From positions 1 to 41,762 of the forward strand of contig JAAFKI010000199.1 in assembly GCA_021399345.1 (NCBI GenBank): a stretch of 41,762 nucleotides of DNA, written 5' to 3'. The notes beneath the pieces were generated by a model that saw nothing but the letters and a program-made list of their open reading frames with translations, was not told the DNA's origin and searched no databases. Below are positions 27,788 to 37,007 of the stretch, piece by piece (position 1 is the first letter of the stretch; each line of letters opens with the position of its first letter). Position numbers and translations under genes: made by a program. This stretch comes from Candidatus Heimdallarchaeota archaeon. GTDB lineage: Archaea > Asgardarchaeota > Heimdallarchaeia > Heimdallarchaeales > Heimdallarchaeaceae.

Positions 27788-29365
27788 TTAAACAGGAGAA
27801 ATTCCATGTTTTCTTTTGGGAGACTGTTCTCTCTTATTTTGAAGTAAATGTAAAGAAGCAACAATTTCACTTCTAGTTTCTTCGGGAAAAATTACTTTGT
27901 CAATATAACCTAATTCTGCTGCTTGGTAAGGGTTTGCAAATTCTTCTTTGAATTTGTGAGTGAATTCCTCTAGAACTTTCTCAGGTTCCTCTTCTTCTTT
28001 CAATCTGTTTCTATAGAGAATTCGAACTGCCCCTTCTGCTCCCATAACAGCTATCTGAGCTGAAGGCCAAGCTAGATTAATATCTGTTCCTAGGTGCTTG
28101 GAACTCATCACTATGTAAGCGCCTCCATATGCTTTTCGTACAATAATAGAAATCTTTGGAATGGTTGCCTCTGAATAAGCGTAGAGTAGTTTTGCACCAT
28201 GTCTGATTATCCCTTCATGTTCTTGTTTGACACCTGGTAGAAAACCAGGAACATCAACAAATGTCAATATTGGGATGTTGAAAGAATCACAAAAGCGAAT
28301 GAATCTAGAAGCTTTATCTGCAGCATTATAATCAATTGCTCCTCCCAAGAAAAGAGGTTGATTTGCAATAATTCCTACAGCAAATCCTTGCATTCTAGCG
28401 AAGCTTACTATGATGTTTTTAGCCCAATCTTCATTCAATTCTAAAAAACTATCAGAATCAACAATTGTTCCTATGATGCTTTTCATATCATAAGGTTCAT
28501 TCTCTTCATCTGGTATTAATTCGCGAAGCGAGATCTGTTCACTTACGTCTCTTACTTCTGGGTCAAATGGAGGATCATTCAAATTGTTTGAAGGTAGAAA
28601 AGAAAGTAGTTTTTTAGCTAAGTCCAAAGTTTCTTCTTCACTTTCACCAACTAAATGACTTACACCTGTTTTCTTGCTATGAACACCACTTCCTCCTAAA
28701 TCGTAAAAGGATATTTCCTCCCCTGTAACAGCTTTTACAACTTCTGGACCAGTAACAAACATAAATGAATTTTCTTTATTCATTAAAACAAAATCTGTTA
28801 AAGCAGGCGAGTAAACCGCTCCTCCTGCACATGGTCCAAGAATAATAGAAATCTGAGGGATCACTCCAGATGCTTGAATATTTCTGAAGAAAATATCTCC
28901 ATAACCAGCTAATGATGCAACTCCTTCTTGAATTCTTGCTCCACCTGAATCCAATATTCCAATAATTGGATTTCCAGTTTTAATTGCAAGCTCCATTAAT
29001 TTGCAAATTTTTGTTGCTTGAGCTCTCCCTAGACTTCCTCCAAAAACTGTGAAATCTTGACTGTAAATGAAAACTTGTCTCTCAGCAATAGTGGCATGAC
29101 CTGTTACTACTCCATCCCCTAATGGCTTGTTGTTTTTAAGATTAAACTTTGTAGATTGATGTGTAACAAAAGAATCCATTTCGACAAAAGAGTTCTCATC
29201 AACAAGTAATTCAATTCTTTCTCTTGCTGTAAGTTTGCCTTTTTCATGCTGATTCTTAACCCTCTTTTCTCCCCCTCCTTCCAAACTTTTTTTTCTCTTA
29301 TCATGGAGTTTAGAATAGATCTTTTTTTCTCTATCACTAGCACTATTCTTATGATTCTGATACAT
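27788..29365 (-). CDS. pccB: Acyl-CoA carboxylase carboxyltransferase subunit (PccB-type)
   Basis: GKLTARERI, QDFTVFGGSLG, DSGGARIQEG, GPCAGGAVYSPA, DVPGFLPG and RKAYGGAY. It ends 10 bp before the megasynthase start. Confidence 0.93.
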   Translation of the reverse strand: MYQNHKNSASDREKKIYSKLHDKRKKSLEGGGEKRVKNQHEKGKLTARERIELLVDENSFVEMDSFVTHQSTKFNLKNNKPLGDGVVTGHATIAERQVFIYSQDFTVFGGSLGRAQATKICKLMELAIKTGNPIIGILDSGGARIQEGVASLAGYGDIFFRNIQASGVIPQISIILGPCAGGAVYSPALTDFVLMNKENSFMFVTGPEVVKAVTGEEISFYDLGGSGVHSKKTGVSHLVGESEEETLDLAKKLLSFLPSNNLNDPPFDPEVRDVSEQISLRELIPDEENEPYDMKSIIGTIVDSDSFLELNEDWAKNIIVSFARMQGFAVGIIANQPLFLGGAIDYNAADKASRFIRFCDSFNIPILTFVDVPGFLPGVKQEHEGIIRHGAKLLYAYSEATIPKISIIVRKAYGGAYIVMSSKHLGTDINLAWPSAQIAVMGAEGAVRILYRNRLKEEEEPEKVLEEFTHKFKEEFANPYQAAELGYIDKVIFPEETRSEIVASLHLLQNKREQSPKRKHGISPV

Positions 29366-29481
29366 TAGTATTGCTTATATACAGTTGAATAAAAACTCAT
29401 CTTCTTTCATGACAAAATAATGAAAGAAACTTTATAACATACCAATTCTGATGCGGTCTTGTGACATACAGAATAGGTTAT

Positions 29482-30210
29482 ATGAACACTGTTCATTATG
29501 AAAAGGTATCTTCAACAATGGATGTAATAATTGAGCACCTTCAGAATGATATAGATCACCCAATTCTAGTTGTGGCTAAACAGCAAATAGAGGGGAGGGG
29601 AAGGCAGGATTCAGACTGGTTTTCACCAGAGGGAGGTTTCTATGGTACTTTTGCATTCCCACTATCATCCAAATTGCAACCAAAACAGTATAGCTTCTTG
29701 CACTATGCTGCAGCTCTAGCTATTCAACAAACTATTAAGAAAAAATATGGACCTGAAATCTTAGTAAAATGGCCAAACGACATAGTTTTTCAAACTAGAA
29801 AATTAGGTGGAATTTTACTTGAGTTAGTATCTTTACACTCAGAATATTTGCTATTGGGAATAGGAATTAATATTGAGTTAAAAGAAGAAAATACTCTAGC
29901 TTTTGAACGGTTAAGAGCTACTAGTTTAGAAGAAGTTACTGGAATTCAAATTCAGAAAAATGAATTCACTAACATCCTCTCAGAATTTATATTTGAATAT
30001 GTTAATTTAATAATGGAAGAGAATCACGAGAAAATAATTTCTTTGTTTAAAATGAACTCACTCAACATGAATAAAAAACACTCGTACAAATCTGAAGTGT
30101 ATTTATGCAGAGGAATTTCTAATACTGGGGAGCTAATACTTGAATCACCTGACAAAATGCGAGTAGATGTTCATATAAATGAATCAAATAACTTGATAAT
30201 CATAAACTAG
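29482..30210 (+). CDS. birA: Biotin--protein ligase
   Basis: SSTMD, GRGRQ, KWPND, KLGGIL and GIGIN; no N-terminal HTH. The ORF-track start is GTG 29461. Confidence 0.92.
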   Translation: MNTVHYEKVSSTMDVIIEHLQNDIDHPILVVAKQQIEGRGRQDSDWFSPEGGFYGTFAFPLSSKLQPKQYSFLHYAAALAIQQTIKKKYGPEILVKWPNDIVFQTRKLGGILLELVSLHSEYLLLGIGINIELKEENTLAFERLRATSLEEVTGIQIQKNEFTNILSEFIFEYVNLIMEENHEKIISLFKMNSLNMNKKHSYKSEVYLCRGISNTGELILESPDKMRVDVHINESNNLIIIN

Positions 30211-30279
30211 CGACATTAATTCTCCAACATAAAAGTTTAAAAATGTATATGATTTTCTTTGGGTAGGTGTTAGATAACA

Positions 30280-30447
30280 ATGGCTCCAATATTCATCCCA
30301 ACAATATTTAGTGTTTTCATAGTAATTGGCTTCTTTGGACTTTTATCTGGTTTTGTTTTATGGGGTGTCCGAAAACTGAATACAGGAATTACCAATAGAA
30401 GACTTAGACGAAAATTATCTACAACAACAATGGGAAATCAAGAATAA
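30280..30447 (+). CDS. Small single-pass membrane protein (55 aa), not in the ORF track
   Basis: MAPIFIPTIFSVFIVIGFFGLLSGFVLWGVRKLNTGITNRRLRRKLSTTTMGNQE*. An AGGTG SD and a TTTAAAAA box lie upstream; the basic tail fits the positive-inside rule. Confidence 0.6.
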   Translation: MAPIFIPTIFSVFIVIGFFGLLSGFVLWGVRKLNTGITNRRLRRKLSTTTMGNQE

Positions 30448-30534
30448 CATTCACCTCTCACCTCTCACTTTTTGCATCTACTCTTTTTAAAATGGTAAGT
30501 AAACTTTAAAATGTGTAAATTTTTACATTAATTG

Positions 30535-32079
30535 ATGAGTACTAAAAGAAAATTACTTGTTATTACATTAATATCGATTTTTATAATGCCAGCTTCAGTC
30601 CAGTTCTTTCAAGTATCAGCTGCAGAAATTTATCCCAAAGAGGTACATCTTAGTTGGCAAAATGACACTAGCACGACCATGACAATTAGTTGGAAAACAT
30701 CTGAAAGCACTTTGTCTATTGTACAATATGGACTCGATAGCTCTTATGGTTTAGAGGAAATAGGATCTTCAGAACTGTATCACGTAATTGAGCTAACAGG
30801 TCTAGATCCCAATACAGCATATCACTTTAGAGTTGGTAATGGAGAGTCTTGGAGTTCAGATCGGAATTTTAAGACAGAAAACATAAACAATCATGTAACA
30901 TTTATTGCTATGGGAGATTCTCGACACAATCGAGCAGATAGAGCATTTTCAGCGAAGCAAATGTCACAAATATCGGCGGATTTTGCTGTATTCGGAGGAG
31001 ATTTTGTAGATAGTGGTCTAGATGCAAATCAATGGACAAATTGGTTTAGTGATTTTAAACCTTTACTGAATGAAATTCCTTTTATGCCAGTACTAGGTAA
31101 TCATGAAAAAAACCATTCAAATTATTATAATAATTTTGCACTTCCTGGAAAAGAAGAATATTATTCTTTTAACTATGGACCTATTCATTTTGCAGCATTG
31201 CATAGTTGTGTACCCGATTACGGTGGAACATTTGATGAACAAATAGATTGGTTACACGCAGATTTACAAGCACATAATGGCTATGAATGGAAGATTGTGA
31301 TTATGCACAGACCTGCCTTTGCTTCGTCGCCAAGATATAACGATGGAGATTATGATGATATAAAAGCGTTGTTAGTTCCAATTTTTGAGCAATACAATAT
31401 TACTATGGTTGTAAGTGCTCACGACCATTTCTATGAAAGACTAGCAAATAATAATATTACTTATATAGTTGCAGGTTCAGTTGCTGCTCCTCTTTATGAT
31501 TTCAATCCATATTATCGAATTAACCAGTCAATAATTGGAGAATCAACCTATCATTTCACAGTGATAGATGTACATCCTAATCAGCTGGATTTTAGAGCTT
31601 ACAGAACAGATTATAGTCTATTAGATGAATTTACTTTCAATAAAGAAGATAAACCAGATCTTAGAGTAGAAGTTGTTCAAAACAAGTATACAGAATATTA
31701 CAATGAAACTCAAGAAATAAAAATTAGAGTCACCAACATAGGAGAACAAAACATTTCTGAAACAACAGCAGCAACAATAGAAAGCGATTCTAGTGTGCTT
31801 CAAACTTTTGATGTTCCTGCACTAGATGTGAGAGAATCATATGAATTTCAGTATAACTGGTCAGTTTCTGAATCTGGAGCTTACAATATTACCGTAAATA
31901 TTGATATCAATGATATTGTAGACGAAATTGGTGAAGGTAACAATGAAATAGTTTTGTTTTTTACAGCACTTGAAATTCCAAAAAAAACAAGTTACACATC
32001 GAATCTCTTAATGATTGTCTCCTTTGTTCTGATGTTAATAATACCCGCAGTGATAAGAAAGAAGAAGAAGGAATTTTAG
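30535..32079 (+). CDS. Surface-anchored purple-acid-phosphatase-like metallophosphoesterase (FN3 + MPP + CARDB-like + TM)
   Basis: Signal peptide, VHLS...MTISW FN3-like domain, GDSR/GDFVD/GNHE/MHRP/AHDH motifs, PDL...N.G...DE..E.NN CARDB-like domain, then TM and RKKKK. Confidence 0.85.
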   Translation: MSTKRKLLVITLISIFIMPASVQFFQVSAAEIYPKEVHLSWQNDTSTTMTISWKTSESTLSIVQYGLDSSYGLEEIGSSELYHVIELTGLDPNTAYHFRVGNGESWSSDRNFKTENINNHVTFIAMGDSRHNRADRAFSAKQMSQISADFAVFGGDFVDSGLDANQWTNWFSDFKPLLNEIPFMPVLGNHEKNHSNYYNNFALPGKEEYYSFNYGPIHFAALHSCVPDYGGTFDEQIDWLHADLQAHNGYEWKIVIMHRPAFASSPRYNDGDYDDIKALLVPIFEQYNITMVVSAHDHFYERLANNNITYIVAGSVAAPLYDFNPYYRINQSIIGESTYHFTVIDVHPNQLDFRAYRTDYSLLDEFTFNKEDKPDLRVEVVQNKYTEYYNETQEIKIRVTNIGEQNISETTAATIESDSSVLQTFDVPALDVRESYEFQYNWSVSESGAYNITVNIDINDIVDEIGEGNNEIVLFFTALEIPKKTSYTSNLLMIVSFVLMLIIPAVIRKKKKEF

Positions 32080-32417
32080 TTGTTCTTTCTCATTTTTGTT
32101 TTTTCTTCATTTCAGCTTAATAATATGTTTTTAACAAATATATCTATCTGATTTCAAAGATTCTTAACCTTGATTTTAAGGTCTCCTTCTTGGTAGGAGA
32201 CGTTTCCAAGAAGGGAGGGGGTTTAAATGGAGCAAGTAAGGCTATCTATCATTTTTCCCGATATAAATCGTTTAACGTGCGTTTGCATGCCTTACATGCC
32301 AAAATTCTGCATAGGACCTTATCAGATGAGTAGCTTATTCTTCCTCAAAAATATGGTTTTGAGAAAGATTGAAATTAGAAAGAAAACAAGAGTAGAATTG
32401 AAAAGGAGTTTTAGTAA

Positions 32418-32807
32418 ATGAAGAGACCAGATCTTATTGAAAACAAAGTAGAGAAACTCATTACCTTTATCTATTACAGAGATTTACAGAAAGGAATTGA
32501 CTTTTATGAGAACTTCCTTGGTTTCCCAATGGAAATTGATCAAGGCTTTTGTAAGATCTATCGCATATCTGAAGCAGGTTATGTTGGAATAGTGGATGAA
32601 ACCAAGGGAATGCATAATTGGAATGAGATTAAACCAGTCCAAATTTGTTTAAGGGTACCAGATGTAGATGCATTCTATGAATACTGCAAGGAAGCTAAAG
32701 TAGATGGGTTATCTGAGATGTTCGTCAATAAGGAACTCAGAATCAAAGCTTTTGTCTTCAATGATCCTGAAGGGTATCAGATTGAGATACAAGAGTCATT
32801 AAACTGA
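32418..32807 (+). CDS. VOC family protein
   Basis: FYENFLGF...VPDVDAFY...DPEGYQIEIQ; AGGAG SD upstream. Confidence 0.87.
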   Translation: MKRPDLIENKVEKLITFIYYRDLQKGIDFYENFLGFPMEIDQGFCKIYRISEAGYVGIVDETKGMHNWNEIKPVQICLRVPDVDAFYEYCKEAKVDGLSEMFVNKELRIKAFVFNDPEGYQIEIQESLN

Positions 32808-32844
32808 AAATTGAGATAAAAAGAAAGAATAGTAGAAAATAGAT

Positions 32845-34131
32845 CTACTTTCTGTGATAAATTGAAGATAAACACATTAAAGATACTAGAGTCAAGATTG
32901 AGACTATAACCGTACTAATTTGTATTGATGTTGAATCAGTTGGAGTTTCAATTGGAGGACCAGTTGGATAGAGATCTTTGGCTTCACTCCTGCCATCAAT
33001 CTGATAATAAACTTCACTATAATCGTAATCGAACCAGTAATTTCCAATGTGTTGTTCCTCATTATACCACATATTTTCTTCTCCTTCTAGTGTATGTCCA
33101 AAGTAAGCACATTGTGCTGTGTAACCTTCTGAAATACCTTGAATAATATTATCAGTGAAGTTATTTCCGTAGATTAAACAATTTGTGGGATATGTTTTTA
33201 ACCCAACTATTGCATACCATGGGTGACCCCAAGTACTTGATGGATCATAATAATAGTCTGACAGATCTATTGCATAGCCCATGTTGCCTAGAAATAGATT
33301 ATTGTTAATTGAGATATTATTACATCCTGAGATAAAAATTGCAGGAACAGCTCCAAGCCCGAAACCATACTTATCTACACCAATGAATTCATTATCTTTT
33401 ATGATTCCCACATCTACCAAACCTACCATCAAACCTCTACCATTAATAAAATCATTATTTTCAATATTAAGATCATAACATACCAATAATATGCTTGTAA
33501 TAAGAAACCAATCATCAATGGACTCAATGTGATTATCAATGATGTTTACATATCTTACATCAATAAGGTAAACACTTGTATTACCAAAGAAATTTCCACT
33601 TATTGTAAGATAGTAGGAAAGTTGTATATACAAGTTCGCATTGTCTTCGAAGAGATTGTTCTGGATTGTTAAGTAACTTGATAAATTGAAGAACATTGTA
33701 TTCATTATCGAACCCATAAAGGAATTTTCTTCAACTAATATACCATCAACAGCATCAGTGTATATTGGTGTATCACAATCAATAAATTTGCAGTCTCTTA
33801 TAGTAACTGTATCTGAATCGATATCTTCTAAGTAAATACCGATATTTTCTCTTGTGAAATTACATTTTTCCAAAACAAAGTATTCAGTTGTTCCAGCCAC
33901 ATACAAAGTTACATCTTCTGTTGAGTCAGAGTATTCTACGCTAATTACATACGGAGCACCAATTGTTCCTGCACCATCAATGGCAGCATTAGCCAATTCT
34001 ATATCACCTACTATAGATTTTCTTATATCATAAGCAGGAGGAATGTCACCAGAAATATTGACAGATGTTTGTGTTTGAAAATTAGAGAATACAATTAGCA
34101 TTGTAAAGAAAAATATGGTTTTCAGTTTCAT
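32845..34131 (-). CDS. Secreted/surface parallel beta-helix (NosD/pectin-lyase-like) protein
   Basis: Signal peptide, G.GT..APYVI, repeated I.NN.F units, GNYW.DY, D.YP and a C-terminal TM. Confidence 0.8.
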   Translation of the reverse strand: MKLKTIFFFTMLIVFSNFQTQTSVNISGDIPPAYDIRKSIVGDIELANAAIDGAGTIGAPYVISVEYSDSTEDVTLYVAGTTEYFVLEKCNFTRENIGIYLEDIDSDTVTIRDCKFIDCDTPIYTDAVDGILVEENSFMGSIMNTMFFNLSSYLTIQNNLFEDNANLYIQLSYYLTISGNFFGNTSVYLIDVRYVNIIDNHIESIDDWFLITSILLVCYDLNIENNDFINGRGLMVGLVDVGIIKDNEFIGVDKYGFGLGAVPAIFISGCNNISINNNLFLGNMGYAIDLSDYYYDPSSTWGHPWYAIVGLKTYPTNCLIYGNNFTDNIIQGISEGYTAQCAYFGHTLEGEENMWYNEEQHIGNYWFDYDYSEVYYQIDGRSEAKDLYPTGPPIETPTDSTSIQISTVIVSILTLVSLMCLSSIYHRK

Positions 34132-34188
34132 GCAAAGTTCGATGAATTATCATATAAATACTTTTCTCACCAAATTTCAATCAATATT

Positions 34189-34779
34189 CTACTTATTGTC
34201 TAAGTTAATAGAGTTATAATCACAAGATGGTTCTATGTATTTAATAGAACACTCTGTACATTCTAGATAAGGTGAGTCTCCTCTGAGTACATTGTAAAGA
34301 AATACACCAGGTATCAATAGAAGAAAAAGTGCAATCTGAATTAGAATAGTAAAATTACCTATTCGTGAGGATAGATTTGAAACCTGAACAATTATTGCAG
34401 TATATGCCCCTAGACCTATACCCAAACTAAATCTAAGAAGAACTTTAATCAATTTGTTGTTTGGTTTTAGAAAAACTTGTGTTAATGCCATTGCTACCCC
34501 AAAAGCTGCAAATATCCCATTAACATAAGGAAAGCTTGTGAAGAAAGGTAACATAGAAAAAAATACTATTGTATAAGAAATGAATGCTAGAAAAACGCTA
34601 GTACAGCCTAAACATAAGAATAAGGATCCAATTCTAAAAATATGATTGTTAAATTTATCACAAACAGGATGATGTGCTAAGTACAACATCGAAAAAATAC
34701 GAACCCTATAGCTGAAATTTTTATCCTTCTTTGAAGAAACTGATTGTTTCTCTTCAGGTTTTGAAGAATTTGACACCAT
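34189..34779 (-). CDS. Hypothetical 4-TM membrane protein with His/Cys clusters
   Basis: HHPVC..H, LCLGC and a C-terminal CTEC...C flank four hydrophobic segments. Confidence 0.6.
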   Translation of the reverse strand: MVSNSSKPEEKQSVSSKKDKNFSYRVRIFSMLYLAHHPVCDKFNNHIFRIGSLFLCLGCTSVFLAFISYTIVFFSMLPFFTSFPYVNGIFAAFGVAMALTQVFLKPNNKLIKVLLRFSLGIGLGAYTAIIVQVSNLSSRIGNFTILIQIALFLLLIPGVFLYNVLRGDSPYLECTECSIKYIEPSCDYNSINLDNK

Positions 34780-34793
34780 TAATTCTTTCCCTA

Positions 34794-35552
34794 CTAAATT
34801 CTGAATTCACTGAGATAAAAATAATTATTACTTTCCACATCAATTTCAATTAATGCGCCGTTTCTTAATCTCTCTGTTGGTTGCCCTAGTGAAGGTAGAG
34901 CACTTGAACTAACTACTATTGAGTCTTCAGTCTTATAGAGTTTCATGGTAAAATAAAGTGGATCTTTTCTGTAGAACACACCCACCCACGCTTTTTTAGG
35001 AGAAACCAATATGAAATTTGCAGCAGTATAATCCCAATATTCGAGGACATCATCAATAACTGGTTTGTTGAGGGCCCACTCATTTTTACCCATTTCAGTA
35101 AGTAGTGAGTAAAAATATTTTTCAGAATCAGTTGTTCCTCTAAGGAAAAATTTTCGATCATCATAGTTCTTAATTTGACTCTTTATGGTTCCATTATGAC
35201 CAAAAACATATTCGTCCCCATTATACCAATAGAAAGGATGATTATTTTTGAGATTGACTTCTCTCTTAGGTGATGCTTGTCTAGCGTGTGTGAAGAGGAC
35301 ATTTGTTTTTAATTTCATAAGCTCTTCAGATGGATTTCTTTCAAAGATTGGTTCACGAAATCTTCTTAGCTCGAAATGATCATCTTTCACAAAAGCATAC
35401 CCGTATCCGTCTTTGTGTTGTTCTAGTTTGGTTTCGTTTCTCTCATGAACGTCTAGTTTTAATCCACCAACATAATCTGAACACGATCCAATAAACTCTT
35501 CATAAGTAGTTTCAGAAACAGTTTGTCCGATATTGAGGAAGAGTCTACACAT
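34794..35552 (-). CDS. Class II glutamine amidotransferase (YafJ/EgtC-like Ntn hydrolase)
   Basis: MCRL N-terminal Cys, HKDGYG, HARQAS, NNHPF, HNGTI and GTTDSE. The start must be ATG 35552 to place Cys at position 2. Confidence 0.9.
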   Translation of the reverse strand: MCRLFLNIGQTVSETTYEEFIGSCSDYVGGLKLDVHERNETKLEQHKDGYGYAFVKDDHFELRRFREPIFERNPSEELMKLKTNVLFTHARQASPKREVNLKNNHPFYWYNGDEYVFGHNGTIKSQIKNYDDRKFFLRGTTDSEKYFYSLLTEMGKNEWALNKPVIDDVLEYWDYTAANFILVSPKKAWVGVFYRKDPLYFTMKLYKTEDSIVVSSSALPSLGQPTERLRNGALIEIDVESNNYFYLSEFRI

Positions 35553-35657
35553 TGCGTTCCACAAATAACAAAAGAGAAGAAGTATTTAATTTTAACTCTT
35601 ATCATAATTAAGTTAATAACCTCAAAACTTTTTAAAGTCGCATACAACTGCTGATTC

Positions 35658-36953
35658 ATGCCCAAACAAACTTTCATCTACGCAAGTAAAGTTACACCTA
35701 GCGAAGAAACTATCAAACTTCGTGGGTGGGTCTATCGTATCCGTAAAATGAAAGATAAAATCTTTGTCATTTTACGTGACGCTTCTGGCATTATCCAATG
35801 CATAGGATCTGAAGCTCAACTTACTTCAGAAGCTTGGAATATGTTAAATGAAGCTGCAATTGAGAATTATATTACAGTTGAAGGTAAACCAGTAGAGGAT
35901 AATAGGGCAGTGAATAATGTTGAAGTGAAATTAACCAATTTCGCAATTAAGCATAAAGGAGAAATCTTCCCTATAGCTAAAGATCAAAGTAAGGAATTCA
36001 TGTTAGACAATACTCACTTGTTTGTAAGAAGCTACAAAGCAACTAACGTCTGGAAAGTTAAAGCTTCAGTCTTACGTGCAGCAAGAGAATGGTTCTTTGA
36101 AAATGATTTCTATGAGACAACTCCACCTATACTCACAGGTTCAGCTTGTGAAGGAGGTTCAACACTATTTAGTTTGAAATATTTCGATCATACAGCTTAT
36201 CTCAGCCAAAGCATTCAACTTTATCTTGAAGCTCTCATTTATAGTTTAGAAAAAGTCTATGCGATAACTCCTAGCTTCAGAGCTGAAAAAATGAGAACTA
36301 AAAGACATGTCAACGAATTTTGGCATATTGAAGGTGAAGAAGCCTTTGTAGACTTTGAGGAAAATATGAAAATCCAAGAAGAACTAGTAGCTTACATTGT
36401 TCAATATGTTCTCAAACATAATGCTAAGGAATTCAAAGAGCTGAAGAGAGATACCTCTGTTCTTGAAACAATTAAAGCTCCTTTCAAGAAAATAAGTTAC
36501 AAAGAAGCAATCGATACTTTGAACGAAAACGGTTTCAACTTGAAATGGGACGAAGATATGAAAACAGAAGAGGAAAGAGCATTATCTACAATTATAGGTG
36601 AACCTTTCTTTGTTCGAGACTATCCATCTAGTCATAAACCATTCTACGTAAAACTACATGAAGATGATCCAAAATGGTGTTATTCAGCTGATCTGATGGC
36701 ACCTGAAGGTTTTGGTGAACTTATTACTGGTGGTCAGAGAGAAGATGTTCTTGACACATTAATCAGACGTATCAAGGAAGAAGGATGGGAAGTGGAAGAT
36801 TATGCGTGGTATATCGATCTCAGAAAATATGGATCTGTTCCTCATTCAGGATTTGGACTTGGAGCTGAAAGGTTAACTTGGTGGTTATGTGGGTTAGATG
36901 CTATTCAAGAAACATTACCTTTCCCAAGAACAAGAAATAGGGTCTATCCCTAA
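35658..36953 (+). CDS. asnS: Asparagine--tRNA ligase
   Basis: OB fold GWVYRIR..F..LRD, ACEGGSTLF, FRAEK..T.RHVNEFW, GGQRE and YGSVPHSGFGLG.ER. TTTTTAAA lies about 25 nt upstream. Confidence 0.88.
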   Translation: MPKQTFIYASKVTPSEETIKLRGWVYRIRKMKDKIFVILRDASGIIQCIGSEAQLTSEAWNMLNEAAIENYITVEGKPVEDNRAVNNVEVKLTNFAIKHKGEIFPIAKDQSKEFMLDNTHLFVRSYKATNVWKVKASVLRAAREWFFENDFYETTPPILTGSACEGGSTLFSLKYFDHTAYLSQSIQLYLEALIYSLEKVYAITPSFRAEKMRTKRHVNEFWHIEGEEAFVDFEENMKIQEELVAYIVQYVLKHNAKEFKELKRDTSVLETIKAPFKKISYKEAIDTLNENGFNLKWDEDMKTEEERALSTIIGEPFFVRDYPSSHKPFYVKLHEDDPKWCYSADLMAPEGFGELITGGQREDVLDTLIRRIKEEGWEVEDYAWYIDLRKYGSVPHSGFGLGAERLTWWLCGLDAIQETLPFPRTRNRVYP

Positions 36954-37007
36954 TTTTTCTTTTTATTTGGATAAGTTTATAACAATATCTTGAAAACATA
37001 GCAGCAG

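Noticed and set aside
14950-30210. The cluster as a mobile genomic island
   Set aside because: No integrase, transposase, tRNA or flanking direct repeats are seen, and no obvious compositional shift by eye.
209-32203. Recurrent GGAGACGT 8-mer in three spacers (209, 3072, 32196)
   Set aside because: It also occurs inside the synthase CDS near 20848, and the motif is too short to distinguish from chance by eye.
32227-32421. 64-aa ORF overlapping the VOC start
   Set aside because: No motifs, and the VOC gene has its own SD; it is probably spurious although the ATGA overlap prevents full exclusion.
35658-36953. Archaeal-type AspRS instead of AsnRS
   Set aside because: EFWHIEGE, GGQRE and YGSVPHSGFGLG fit AsnRS better than the AspRS-type SGAQR and YG.PPH.G motifs.
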